A stretch of DNA of 64,000 nucleotides, taken from positions 347 to 64,346 of the forward strand of contig CAIMVM010000044.1 in NCBI GenBank assembly GCA_903844895.1. The letters run 5' to 3'. Positions 8,937 to 18,282 of the stretch are shown one piece after another. Position 1 is the stretch's first letter. Each line of letters starts with the position of its first letter. The stretch is from an uncultured Pseudomonadota bacterium. GTDB taxonomy: Bacteria; Bdellovibrionota_B; Oligoflexia; Oligoflexales; CAIMVM01. The notes under the pieces are model-generated. The model made no database searches. It was not told the DNA's origin and saw only the letters and a list, made by a program, of their open reading frames with translations. Position numbers and translations under genes: made by a program.

Positions 8937-10415
8937 TTAAGTATTCAGATATTTCCTGGCAACCTCTCGATCATCAAAAGGCAGTTTTTTGTCCTTAATG
9001 AGTTGGTAGGTTTCGTGACCCTTTCCCGCGATAATTAAAATCGAAAAGCTGTTAAGTGAGGAAATGGCCTTTCTGATGGCCTCTTCGCGGTCAACTTCTA
9101 GGATAATCTCCGTGCCTAAAGACACCTCCAGACATCCCTTATAGATGTCTTCTATGATTTGTTTGGGTTCCTCAGAGCGGGGGTTGTCTGAAGTCAAGTA
9201 CACTGTTTCGCATTCTTTGGCTGCAACAGCCCCCATGAGAGGCCGTTTTCCTTTGTCGCGATCGCCGCCACATCCAAATAAAATCCTAAGCTTCATTCCA
9301 GGATAGGCATCTTTAATGGCAAGTGCAGCTTTTTGAATGGCGTCTGGGGTATGGGCGTAATCCGTGTAAACAAGGCCTCCAGATTTTGACTTCCCAATAT
9401 ATTCGAATCGACCAGGTACCTGGGGAAGGGATGGAACATGGGACATGATTTCAGACATAGGGCAATCTGAAACATGCTTCACAGCCATTATAGATCCAAC
9501 CAGGTTGGTATTGGCAAGGTCCCCTAGATAAGGTGTCGCCGCCTCTAAAGTAAGATCTTTTGTGTGTAAGGTGAGGTTGTTAAGTGTATAGGAGAAGCCA
9601 TAGGGATTGGAGGAAAGCCCATAATATTCTATATTTGCGTCGTCTATACGCAGCTTATTCACAGGAGCTGTATAGACAACATCCTGGTGCATGAGTTTAA
9701 ATCCACCAGGCAGCACAAGAGAGAATAAAGCCCACTTAGCATCAAAGTAATGTTCCATGCTGGGGTGAAAGTCTAGATGATCCCGAGAGAAGCTTGTAAA
9801 GACGGCACCGGCAAAACGCAGCGGAGAAACCTTACCGTGGGCGAGGGCTTGGCTAGAAACCTCCATGGCGACATATTTTGCTCCTCCGCAGACGGCATCT
9901 CTTAGCAGCTTAAATAACTGATCCGGATCGGGCGTCGTGTGGTTGGTGGGCTCAAGGCTACCTGCTAGCTTCGAACCTAGGGTCCCGATCATGGCAGTTT
10001 TTTGCCCTAAAGAGTTTAAAAGGTGCGAAATCATCCAAACAGTCGACGACTTGCCGTTTGTTCCCGTAACCCCGATAACCTTGAGCTCGCGCCCAGGGTG
10101 TCCATATCGTAAGTCCTCAAGATGGGCCCATGCTAGACGTGAATTAGAAACACAGATATGAGGAACTGAGGGATCTTGAGGGAGCTCGCAAATGATGAGT
10201 GATGAGCCTAACCTTAAAGCGCCTTCTATAAAATTGTGGCCGTCTTGGGCATGACCTCTAATCGCCACAAAAGCAAAACCAGGTCCCACAGCGCGAGAAT
10301 CTACGGTTACATCGCTAACGCTTCCCTCTCGAGGAAAGTGGCTCGATACAACGAGCTGGTCAATCGACTCAAAGTGCTTTTGAATTTCCTGAAAGGATAG
10401 CAGCTTGGGATACAT
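8937..10415 (-). CDS. murE: UDP-MurNAc-dipeptide--meso-diaminopimelate ligase
   Basis: GVTGTNGKSS, TTPD, MEVSS, DYAHTPD, FGCGGDRD, DNPR (mDAP-type motif), AGKGHE. Confidence 0.97.
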   Translation of the reverse strand: MYPKLLSFQEIQKHFESIDQLVVSSHFPREGSVSDVTVDSRAVGPGFAFVAIRGHAQDGHNFIEGALRLGSSLIICELPQDPSVPHICVSNSRLAWAHLEDLRYGHPGRELKVIGVTGTNGKSSTVWMISHLLNSLGQKTAMIGTLGSKLAGSLEPTNHTTPDPDQLFKLLRDAVCGGAKYVAMEVSSQALAHGKVSPLRFAGAVFTSFSRDHLDFHPSMEHYFDAKWALFSLVLPGGFKLMHQDVVYTAPVNKLRIDDANIEYYGLSSNPYGFSYTLNNLTLHTKDLTLEAATPYLGDLANTNLVGSIMAVKHVSDCPMSEIMSHVPSLPQVPGRFEYIGKSKSGGLVYTDYAHTPDAIQKAALAIKDAYPGMKLRILFGCGGDRDKGKRPLMGAVAAKECETVYLTSDNPRSEEPKQIIEDIYKGCLEVSLGTEIILEVDREEAIRKAISSLNSFSILIIAGKGHETYQLIKDKKLPFDDREVARKYLNT

Positions 10416-10417
10416 AA

Positions 10418-12226
10418 CTATCCTTTTTGTGGGGTTTTATGATTCCCCTGGCTCAAGACAGGGGGTTCTTTATCTGCAGGAATACTCATATATTTTAAAC
10501 TTCTCTCCACAATGTCTTTAAGCACAGGCGCCGCCCACCTGCCTCCGTAATATGGTTTTATCCCCGGCTCATCAATGACGACAAAAGCAAGTAACTTTGG
10601 ATCAGAAACAGGAGCAAAAGCTACGAAGCTCGCCACCCTCTTAGTGGGAGAATAGTCTTTCAGTTGGGTATCATATTTCTCTGAAGTGCCCGTCTTGCCT
10701 CCAAAAGTGTAGAAATCACTTTTAGAACGCATAGCAGTACCCTCGTTTACAACATTTTGCAGCATGCCGCGAATGGAATTCACCGTCTCTTTCGTGAACA
10801 TTCGTTGACTGTCCGCATCAGAGTGGAGATAGAGATCTTTGCCGTCGCCGTTATAGATACGCTTGATGACATAAGGTGAGACAATATTCCCTCCGTTGGC
10901 GAAGGCTGTGTATCCTTTTAATATCTCAAGTGCAGTTACCGAAATCCCCTGGCCAAACGAAAGATTGGCAAAGCGAATAGGCAGCCATTTTTGCCAATTG
11001 GCCAAGCGCCCCCGCTGCGATTCAGGGAGGTCCAAAATAGGCTCTAAAGGAGCAAAGCCCAATTTTTTATAGAGATCAAAAAGCCCTTTCATGCCAAGTC
11101 GTTGAGCTATTTTGTAGGTGCAGATGTTGGAAGAATGAATGATCACTTCCGAGGTCGTCATAATTGCTTTTGGGTGATCGTCCCGAATGGATGCGTTTGA
11201 TCCTATACGCAGAACGCCAGAACCCTCACAATTATGCCTTTCTTCGGGAGTCGTAAGTTTCTGATCAAGTGCGCGGGCAATCACAAAGGGCTTCATAATG
11301 GAGCCTGGCTCAAATAGGTCAGATAGCGCAGCATGGCGAGGAGCGCTAGCAATTTCTTGTTTACGATTGGGGTCAAATGTAGGCCAGCTAGACATGCCTA
11401 AGATAGCCCCCGTGTAGGGTTCCACAACGATAGCAAAGCCTCCCTTTGCTTCAGCATCAAGGACACCCTTTTTTAGGGAATCAAAAACAATATCTTGAAT
11501 CGCCGCATCTATAGTAAGTTCAACATTATGGCCACTTTTCTCTGGTGAAGCGGTGCGCGAGTCTTGAAAGATTAACTGTCCACGACCATCTTTTACCGGC
11601 TCAATGGAGCTCTTTAAGCCAGCAAGATCTTTGTCTAACCGCTTCTCGATGCCGCTAGCTCCCGATTCTTCGGGGCCTAAATTTCCAAGCAGATGGGCAA
11701 GAGAGGGGCCGTAGGGGTAATACCTAGAAGATTCTGAAACCTGATACAATCCAGCAAGTCCTAAAGCCAAGACTTTTTCAGAAATAGTGGGATCGACTTT
11801 GCGCGCAAGCCAAGAAAAATAGCTATTTTTATGATTGAGTTCCTGAAGTTTCGCTGCCGGCATCCCCAGCAGCGCTCCTAAACGAGCCAGATCCTTGGGG
11901 CTCGGGTCAAAAAGTTTAGGATTAATGGCAAGAGAAGGCACTTTTGTAGAAATCGCAAGCGGGATGTGTCTGCGGTCATAGATGGTTCCGCGGTAGTTAC
12001 CGAGTTCTATCGGCTTATGGTACTGTTTGCTGGCAATTGCCTCTAAGTGCTCTTCTCCAGCCGGATAGAGATGCACAAAAACAGCGCGCACAGCCGCAAT
12101 TCCAAAAAGAACGAAAACGAGACCCTGTACCAACTTTGCGGGTCTATCATGAAATTTCTGATCCACATTTCGCATACGTTTCGGACGTAAAAGTAAGAAA
12201 ACTTTCCCCAAAAATTTGGCAATCAT
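10418..12226 (-). CDS. ftsI: Class B penicillin-binding protein FtsI/PBP3
   Basis: RGTIYDR, FEPGSIMK (SxxK), SSN (SxN), GKTGT (KTG); one N-terminal TM helix. Confidence 0.95.
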   Translation of the reverse strand: MIAKFLGKVFLLLRPKRMRNVDQKFHDRPAKLVQGLVFVLFGIAAVRAVFVHLYPAGEEHLEAIASKQYHKPIELGNYRGTIYDRRHIPLAISTKVPSLAINPKLFDPSPKDLARLGALLGMPAAKLQELNHKNSYFSWLARKVDPTISEKVLALGLAGLYQVSESSRYYPYGPSLAHLLGNLGPEESGASGIEKRLDKDLAGLKSSIEPVKDGRGQLIFQDSRTASPEKSGHNVELTIDAAIQDIVFDSLKKGVLDAEAKGGFAIVVEPYTGAILGMSSWPTFDPNRKQEIASAPRHAALSDLFEPGSIMKPFVIARALDQKLTTPEERHNCEGSGVLRIGSNASIRDDHPKAIMTTSEVIIHSSNICTYKIAQRLGMKGLFDLYKKLGFAPLEPILDLPESQRGRLANWQKWLPIRFANLSFGQGISVTALEILKGYTAFANGGNIVSPYVIKRIYNGDGKDLYLHSDADSQRMFTKETVNSIRGMLQNVVNEGTAMRSKSDFYTFGGKTGTSEKYDTQLKDYSPTKRVASFVAFAPVSDPKLLAFVVIDEPGIKPYYGGRWAAPVLKDIVERSLKYMSIPADKEPPVLSQGNHKTPQKG

Positions 12227-12486
12227 TATAGTTTCCCCCCGGGTCGATCTCCCGTACTTGCTTCGGAATATCTCGCTAATGCTTGCTTGGTGGTCATCTT
12301 CGAGTATTGCATAAGGAGCTGACTGCGTTTCTCGAGAAGGGCTGCCTCACTTTCTTTGAGTCTGCCTAACTGATATCCCACCACGGTCGACTCGACGCCT
12401 AAGTGAATTCGAAGTCCGGCAATGAGAAAACACAAAAGTAGCGTTAAAAACAGAAGTCTATCAGATAGATAAAGAATCCATTTCAT
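12226..12486 (-). CDS. ftsL: FtsL-like small bitopic coiled-coil protein
   Basis: 86 aa with a TM helix followed by heptad leucines. Lies between rsmH and ftsI with overlapping start/stop codons. Confidence 0.7.
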   Translation of the reverse strand: MKWILYLSDRLLFLTLLLCFLIAGLRIHLGVESTVVGYQLGRLKESEAALLEKRSQLLMQYSKMTTKQALARYSEASTGDRPGGKL

Positions 12487-13439
12487 AAATGTTTCTCCAA
12501 AATCCTAAGTTTTGCGCTTCGAGACCTGTAGTTTTCCTTTACTTCTGCTTCGCTGGGAAGGGTCGGAAAGGGCTTGATAATTTCTGCTCTAGTGTTTTGA
12601 TTTTGCTGATTGATTATAGCAGCAAGTTCTTTAGGAAGGTCTTTTTCTCGCCTTCGTCCTGCGAGTTTTTGAAATTCGTGCTTAATAATGCGATCTTCTA
12701 GAGAGTGGAACGAAATGATAGCCAGTCTTCCCTGTGGCTTAAGCAAGTCTAAAGCATCGTGGACAAGGGTCGCAAGCTCACCAAGTTCCTGGTTTACATG
12801 GATTCTTAGCGCTTGAAAGACTTTTGTTGCTGCGTGCTTTTTCGAATCCGTGTGCCATCTTGCAACCGATTTGACAAAATCAGCAAGCTGTTTCGTCTCA
12901 AGAAATGGCCTTGCTTCGCGTGAAGCAACGATTGCCCGTGCGATTTGTCGAGACTTCACCTCTTCTCCAAGCTCATAAAATATGCGTGCGAGTTCAAATT
13001 CACTCTCGCCATTTACTACGTCTGCAGCAGAGAGCCCTTCTCCCGACATTCTCATGTCGAGAGGACCGTTGTTCATAAAAGAAAACCCTCTTTCCGCGTC
13101 ATCTATTTGAGGACTAGAAACCCCAATGTCTGCAATGATGCCCGCGACTTTGCCAGAAAGCCCGAGCTCAGTGAGAGCGAGCTTTAACTGGGAGAAGGGA
13201 CCGTGTTTTAAAATCAGCCGACCATTTTTTAATTCGTTTTCAAATCTAGTTTTGAGGTGAGCACAAGCGTAGGGATCGCGGTCAAAGGCTACCACTCGAC
13301 CCTGGGGGGCTGTAAGCTCAAGTAAAAGAGCTGTATGCCCCCCGCCGCCAGCAGTACAGTCGATATAAGTTTCACCGCTTTTGGGCCTAACCCCAACAAC
13401 AGTCTCATGGAGTAAAACGGTCGTATGCTTAAATTGCAT
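12483..13439 (-). CDS. rsmH: 16S rRNA m4C1402 methyltransferase
   Basis: HTTVLL, DCTAGGGGH, DIGVSSPQ, RGFSF, PLDMRM, FHSLEDR, RSRSAKLR. Confidence 0.98.
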   Translation of the reverse strand: MQFKHTTVLLHETVVGVRPKSGETYIDCTAGGGGHTALLLELTAPQGRVVAFDRDPYACAHLKTRFENELKNGRLILKHGPFSQLKLALTELGLSGKVAGIIADIGVSSPQIDDAERGFSFMNNGPLDMRMSGEGLSAADVVNGESEFELARIFYELGEEVKSRQIARAIVASREARPFLETKQLADFVKSVARWHTDSKKHAATKVFQALRIHVNQELGELATLVHDALDLLKPQGRLAIISFHSLEDRIIKHEFQKLAGRRREKDLPKELAAIINQQNQNTRAEIIKPFPTLPSEAEVKENYRSRSAKLRILEKHL

Positions 13440-13872
13440 TTCTAAGCCCCAATCTCTCGGCTATTGACAAAAATGATACAAACTTAAGAAGTGTTTGTAA
13501 CACCATTCTAAGGCCTTAAAGGAAATTATACGAGTTTTAATGGAGCTTCCGGACGGTTTGCGAGAATAAAATACCTAGACACTACAATTAGGGGATTTAG
13601 AAAGAAAATAGCTATTTCCTAGTGGTTTCATAGGATAGATCCTTTTAGGAACCGTGTATAGGCAAGGGCCCCAAAAAATGTAAAGAAAGTTTCAGCAACA
13701 CTAAAATCATGCGGGGAAATTGGAGTTTTAAGGCCTATGAATAGGGAGTGACTACCTTGTAAAGTCCCTTTATTGCCCTGCTAAGTTCTGCCAGATATGC
13801 GTTTTAATGTACTCAAGAAAATTATTTTTCTCCCGAAGGGTGGGAGAACTAAATTCCTTGAAAGGAGGAAGC

Positions 13873-14934
13873 ATGATTTTTAGGTGGGGCAAAAAAAGCC
13901 GCAACTTGCTTCTGACGCTGATTCTCGGGCTAGCGGGTGGAGCTTGTTCTTCAAGCTCTGAATCGCAGCAAGAAACCATTGAGGCAGACCAGTCTCAAGA
14001 GGCGACGAATGAAGCGACAGACAACGAGAGTGCGGCAGCAGATCAAGGAGCAGACCAAGCCGCCGGTGAAAATGGAGCTTTGGCAAATGCTCAAGTAAAT
14101 GAGGCGCCAGCTGGTGAACAAGGCCTTGCTTCGCTCATCGATGATGTCAGCAATGCAAACGCCACAGGGGACGCAAGCGCACAAGCAGAGCAACCTGTCG
14201 CAGATGCCGGATCAGCGGAACAAGCGCCGGAACAGATCGCAGAAGCACCAGTACAAAATGCTGAAGTTTCGGCTCCGGTTGCAACGGAAAATGCAGTCTC
14301 TCAGGTCGCAGCTCCTGAGCAGGCTCAAGCTCCTTTAGAGAATTCAGAGACCTCGAGCGCCGCATCTCAAGTGTCCTCCATGCCCGGCCTTCCGGAAATG
14401 GGCACAAAATTGTCTTACATCGTGGAAAAGGGCGACACACTTGCTAAGATTTCCGAAAAAGTCTACGGCAACGCCAAAATGTGGAAGGATCTCGCTAGTC
14501 TTGCGGGCCTATCCGACCCCAATAAGATCTATCCAGGGGAAGTTATTTATTATCAGCTATCAGCTGAGACTGCCGCATTTGCATCAAGCTATGAGGCTCT
14601 AGGCCGATCTTCGGTCCAGGTCGCAAAAGGCGATACGCTCGCCAAGATTTCTATGAAAGTTTATGGAACGTCTTCTAAGTGGCGCGCTATTTGGCGTGAA
14701 AACGAACAAGTTCAAGATCCAGAGGTATTAACTGAAGGTGGCGTAATTTACTATGTGAACTACCCAAAAATGTCAGCAACTAACAAAACTGCTCCCCGCG
14801 CTATCAAGCAAAACAAAGTAGCCATTGACAACGACAATTTAGAATTAGATTCCATTTTTAACAAAACAGTGCATGTAAGTAAATCAACTGTTTCATATGT
14901 AACAAGCAATCCTGCGGCAAACGACAAAGTTTAA
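13873..14934 (+). CDS. Lipoprotein with an acidic Ala/Glu/Gln-rich linker and two LysM domains
   Basis: AGGAGG RBS at 13863-13868 before ATG 13873; lipobox-like LAGGAC; LysM repeats YIVEKGDTLAKISEKVYG and VQVAKGDTLAKISMKVYG. Confidence 0.85.
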   Translation: MIFRWGKKSRNLLLTLILGLAGGACSSSSESQQETIEADQSQEATNEATDNESAAADQGADQAAGENGALANAQVNEAPAGEQGLASLIDDVSNANATGDASAQAEQPVADAGSAEQAPEQIAEAPVQNAEVSAPVATENAVSQVAAPEQAQAPLENSETSSAASQVSSMPGLPEMGTKLSYIVEKGDTLAKISEKVYGNAKMWKDLASLAGLSDPNKIYPGEVIYYQLSAETAAFASSYEALGRSSVQVAKGDTLAKISMKVYGTSSKWRAIWRENEQVQDPEVLTEGGVIYYVNYPKMSATNKTAPRAIKQNKVAIDNDNLELDSIFNKTVHVSKSTVSYVTSNPAANDKV

Positions 14935-15127
14935 TTAGTTTATTTTCATTCAGAACCGTTTCGAATTGAGTTTTAGGCTAAAAAGATCGGGTGACAAGAA
15001 GAGATTAGTTAAGGTTTCTGTTTTCTCTCCAAAAAATCATCAACTCGTTTATTGAAGATTTTATGGAAAAAATGTGGGGTCTAAATAAATCTACTCTATC
15101 CTCAGTTTGAAAGCCTTGGGAACAAGC

Positions 15128-15176
15128 GAAGTGAAAAGAAGTGAAAAGAAGTGAAAAGAAGTGAAAAGAAGTGAAA
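15128..15176. repeat. 10-bp tandem repeat (GAAGTGAAAA) x ~5
   Basis: Four exact units plus GAAGTGAAA, in the intergenic region between the convergent LysM and MurU-like genes. Confidence 0.95.
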
Positions 15177-15188
15177 GAATCAGATGGT

Positions 15189-16208
15189 TTAGAGTGTTAG
15201 AGCAGAAATCGAGTAATTTTGACCGATAATGCGCAATGTAAGGTCATCTTTGATGTTACAGCCCTCGTTTACAACAGACGACTGAATACGACAGCCCTCA
15301 CCGAGAGAAATTCCCCCGGAAATAACCACATTTGGGCCAATAGAGTTGGACTTGAGTCCCTCAAGATCTAGTGCCATAAAGCTTGGGCCTACAATTTTTG
15401 AGTTTGAAAACACAGCTGTTTCCTCAGCAGGAACAAAAGTAAAGGGCCGACCGAGATCCTGAAGTGTTTTCATGACTAAAAAAGGGTCTTTGCCTGCGGA
15501 CCATTCGCGAAGAACATGCTGATGAGCTTTAAAATAGTCTTCAGGGGTTCCTAAATCAAACCAGTCACCAGGCTGCTCAAAAGCGACCACTTTTTTTCCT
15601 TGCTTGATAAGTCGCAAAATGATGGGCACAAACTCTGAGTACTCAGGTTTTGGTATTTGATCAAAAAAATCGCCATTTAGTACGCGAATACAGTTAAATC
15701 CATGGGGACTAGCGTGAGTAAACCCTCCGTTGTTAGGCCCAATATGTACGACTAAGCCTTTGTCTACCCATATTTGTGAGCCCGAGTCATGGGGTTGACT
15801 ACGCACGCCCATAGTGACAAAGGCATCTGTATCAAAATGATGATCCACAATGGCGCCAAGATCTGCAGATGTGAGCACATCGCCATTGCATACAACGGTA
15901 GTTCGGTTCTTTACCCATGGCTTAAAGCCATAGTAGGCACCGCCGGTTCCAAGAATGTCAGGCGTTTCTTTGGATAAAAAGACATCACTATGGTGAAAAG
16001 TCTTAAGATACTCCTCTATCTTCTCGGGTAAAAAATGGGTATTGAGTCCCACATCGGAAATTCCCGCCAAAGTGAACTTTTTAAAGACAAATTCTAGAAG
16101 AGGCAATGAAAAAAAAGGAACCAAAGGCTTAGGTACGCCTCCAGAAATAGGCCTTAGGCGAGTGCCGAGTCCCGCAGCTAAAATGATACCAGCAAGATCT
16201 CTAGCCAT
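15189..16208 (-). CDS. Sugar-1-phosphate nucleotidyltransferase (MurU-like) with a C-terminal left-handed beta-helix-like region
   Basis: ILAAGLGTRLRP..PKPL, LGTGG, NGD, WFDLGTPEDY; overlaps the upstream phosphotransferase gene. Confidence 0.8.
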   Translation of the reverse strand: MARDLAGIILAAGLGTRLRPISGGVPKPLVPFFSLPLLEFVFKKFTLAGISDVGLNTHFLPEKIEEYLKTFHHSDVFLSKETPDILGTGGAYYGFKPWVKNRTTVVCNGDVLTSADLGAIVDHHFDTDAFVTMGVRSQPHDSGSQIWVDKGLVVHIGPNNGGFTHASPHGFNCIRVLNGDFFDQIPKPEYSEFVPIILRLIKQGKKVVAFEQPGDWFDLGTPEDYFKAHQHVLREWSAGKDPFLVMKTLQDLGRPFTFVPAEETAVFSNSKIVGPSFMALDLEGLKSNSIGPNVVISGGISLGEGCRIQSSVVNEGCNIKDDLTLRIIGQNYSISALTL

Positions 16209-17256
16209 TGGAATCCAGCGCGGATAGATGGGATTCCACGCATTCTAAAAAGCGCCCAGATAAAAAAGGCCAGCGCGCATCTTCAATAGAAAGCTGTCTC
16301 AGCAAGGACACTGTTCTTGGTGCATAGCTCAGGTAGTCACCACGGTTTTTGACTTGAGTCAAATAAGCAAACGAGCCTAATGCTTTTATCAATCGTTGAA
16401 GAGCACTAGGTTTCCATGATTCTAACAAGTCAAGTCGAGCTGTTTCAGAATGTGTGCCCACGATTTGCAGACCCTGCTCGAGCAAAGTCTGACGCTCTTT
16501 AAGGCTTAGGGTCACATAGGGATCAAAGATCAACGACACCATATCGTAGGATGCTGATCCGACGCGCGCATCTTGGAAGTCAATAAGGGTATAACGACCT
16601 TTGTCTACAAGGATATTTCGTGAGTGATAGTCGCGATGAGTGAGGTATTTGCTCTTTGAGGCAAGCCACTGTGCCAAACTCGAGCAATCGGCCATCAAAG
16701 CCGCGAAGTCTATTTCGGAAAGACCGGCTTTTTTCATAAAGCCCACCACATAGTGCTCTGTAAAAAACATCAGCTCAAAATGCAGTTTTTCATAATCAAA
16801 GGATCTGGAACTCCAAACCTCGTTAAGCTGAGGAGAGATTTGAAGCATTTGGGCAATGTGCTCTAAAGGAGTCTGATATGAGGCGATTCTCTCATGGGCT
16901 GTAGGGGCGTTTCTTACCGCCATTTCTAAGGTCTCATCGCCACAGTCTTCTATAATAAGCAGGCGTTTTTCAGGCATTTTAGCTAAAATTTGAGGCACAG
17001 GAAGTCGTGCTGAGTCGAAAGTCTTTCGAATGTGAGTCCAGTCATAGCGCCCGAAGGCGAGCAGCTTGGCATCACTCTCAGACAAATACATTAAAACCGC
17101 TTTTCCAAGGCCGCTTGCATCTGCGACTCTATAATAGGAACGATCGCTTCCATCACCTGCAAGATAAGAAATCTTTGGGCTCGTCATAGCCAGAACATCT
17201 GCAAGACTGGAAAGTAATTCCGGAGTGACTTCTAAACTGCCGCGTATTGAGTTCAT
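16201..17256 (-). CDS. APH-fold phosphotransferase, AmgK-like anomeric MurNAc/GlcNAc kinase
   Basis: LAGDGSDRSYYR, HRDYHSRN, IDFQDARVG..YDMVSL and QRLIKALGSF are typical of the AmgK family. Start placed at ATG 17256 to avoid overlap with the upstream gene. Confidence 0.8.
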   Translation of the reverse strand: MNSIRGSLEVTPELLSSLADVLAMTSPKISYLAGDGSDRSYYRVADASGLGKAVLMYLSESDAKLLAFGRYDWTHIRKTFDSARLPVPQILAKMPEKRLLIIEDCGDETLEMAVRNAPTAHERIASYQTPLEHIAQMLQISPQLNEVWSSRSFDYEKLHFELMFFTEHYVVGFMKKAGLSEIDFAALMADCSSLAQWLASKSKYLTHRDYHSRNILVDKGRYTLIDFQDARVGSASYDMVSLIFDPYVTLSLKERQTLLEQGLQIVGTHSETARLDLLESWKPSALQRLIKALGSFAYLTQVKNRGDYLSYAPRTVSLLRQLSIEDARWPFLSGRFLECVESHLSALDSNG

Positions 17257-17278
17257 ATAACCCGCGTTACTTTTGGTT

Positions 17279-18211
17279 TTAGATAAGTACAAACTCAATT
17301 TCTGGCCCCAGCTCAAGAGTGACTTTTTCGCAACTTGGATACAATTCACCATCAAGTGAGTACTTTACTGGGTGAGAAGTCACGATGGTTAGACTTCGGC
17401 CGCTTGAGGATATTTTAACATCTGTTGGACGATTTGGGGATAATAGAACATCTTTAATTATTGGAAAAAGAATTCTCTCAGATGAGCAAACATACGAAAT
17501 ACATTGAATTTCTTCTCCTTCTTTGCCAGCTTTTGGAAAAAGCTTTGGGCCTAGTGGCATATGAGTAATGGTAGCCGCCAATGTGGAAATAGCTCCATGT
17601 TCATGGATAAGGATCTTGTCTTTATTCCATACCTCTGTTTTTACAATAGAAGCAATTCTGTTAAAAAACTCCTTGTTAAATAATCTTGAAAAAAAGACTT
17701 TAAGTAAAAGAAAGATGGACCCTATTTTGCCGGACTTGTTTTTATAGAACTCTTCTAAAAAATTGGCACAAGCACCATTTGCAAATAAAAAACCATAAAC
17801 TCCGTTGACATGTATGCAATAGCGCTTTGTTGATTGAGTTAGGGCGCCCCGAGAATATCCTTCAATAAGCCGAAAAAGGATTTCTTCTGGGCTTCCGTGG
17901 ATACCAAGGTTTTGCGCCAAAACATTGATGGTGCCCCCCCGCAGGAGGGCGATTTTAGGCAAAGGGGAGCCTTTCCAGGTCCTTATTATGGCCGTGAGGG
18001 TGTGGGCTATAGTTCCGTCGCCTCCGTTAATGGCGATGATTTTGACATCAGACTCTTTAAAGTCCGAGGTTACTTTTTCGAGGTCTTCCAGGCTTTTTGT
18101 CACCGCAACAAAACCCTCTTTGCCAGCGATATAACTGAGATAGTTATGGCGCTCCGGGTTCTTTTTGTTCAGTTTTGAGTGGGGGTTGGAGATGATACCA
18201 ATTCCGGCCAA
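17279..18211 (-). CDS. Diacylglycerol/lipid kinase family protein
   Basis: IISNPHS, INGGDGT, LRGGTINVLA, LDGE. Confidence 0.85.
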   Translation of the reverse strand: MAGIGIISNPHSKLNKKNPERHNYLSYIAGKEGFVAVTKSLEDLEKVTSDFKESDVKIIAINGGDGTIAHTLTAIIRTWKGSPLPKIALLRGGTINVLAQNLGIHGSPEEILFRLIEGYSRGALTQSTKRYCIHVNGVYGFLFANGACANFLEEFYKNKSGKIGSIFLLLKVFFSRLFNKEFFNRIASIVKTEVWNKDKILIHEHGAISTLAATITHMPLGPKLFPKAGKEGEEIQCISYVCSSERILFPIIKDVLLSPNRPTDVKISSSGRSLTIVTSHPVKYSLDGELYPSCEKVTLELGPEIEFVLI

Positions 18212-18282
18212 GATTTTTTCCTTTATTTTGTTTAAAGAGGGCGTATTCTACGTGAGCCTTAACCTTTCATGGGATATAAGCC

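Noticed and set aside
15128-15176. Repeat arrays (also 36757 and 54402) as CRISPR
   Set aside because: The units are 10-12 bp and contiguous, with no unique spacers and no cas genes.
17257-17355. N-terminal extensions in the ORF track for amgK-like, helicase (to 21550), cytochrome c (to 25262), PilZ (to 54925) and the 56201 ORF (to 57526)
   Set aside because: They overlap neighbours or precede better RBS and family-typical starts.
18212-18282. CIRCE or other heat-shock operator upstream of rpoH
   Set aside because: No TTAGCACTC-N9-GAGTGCTAA match was seen.
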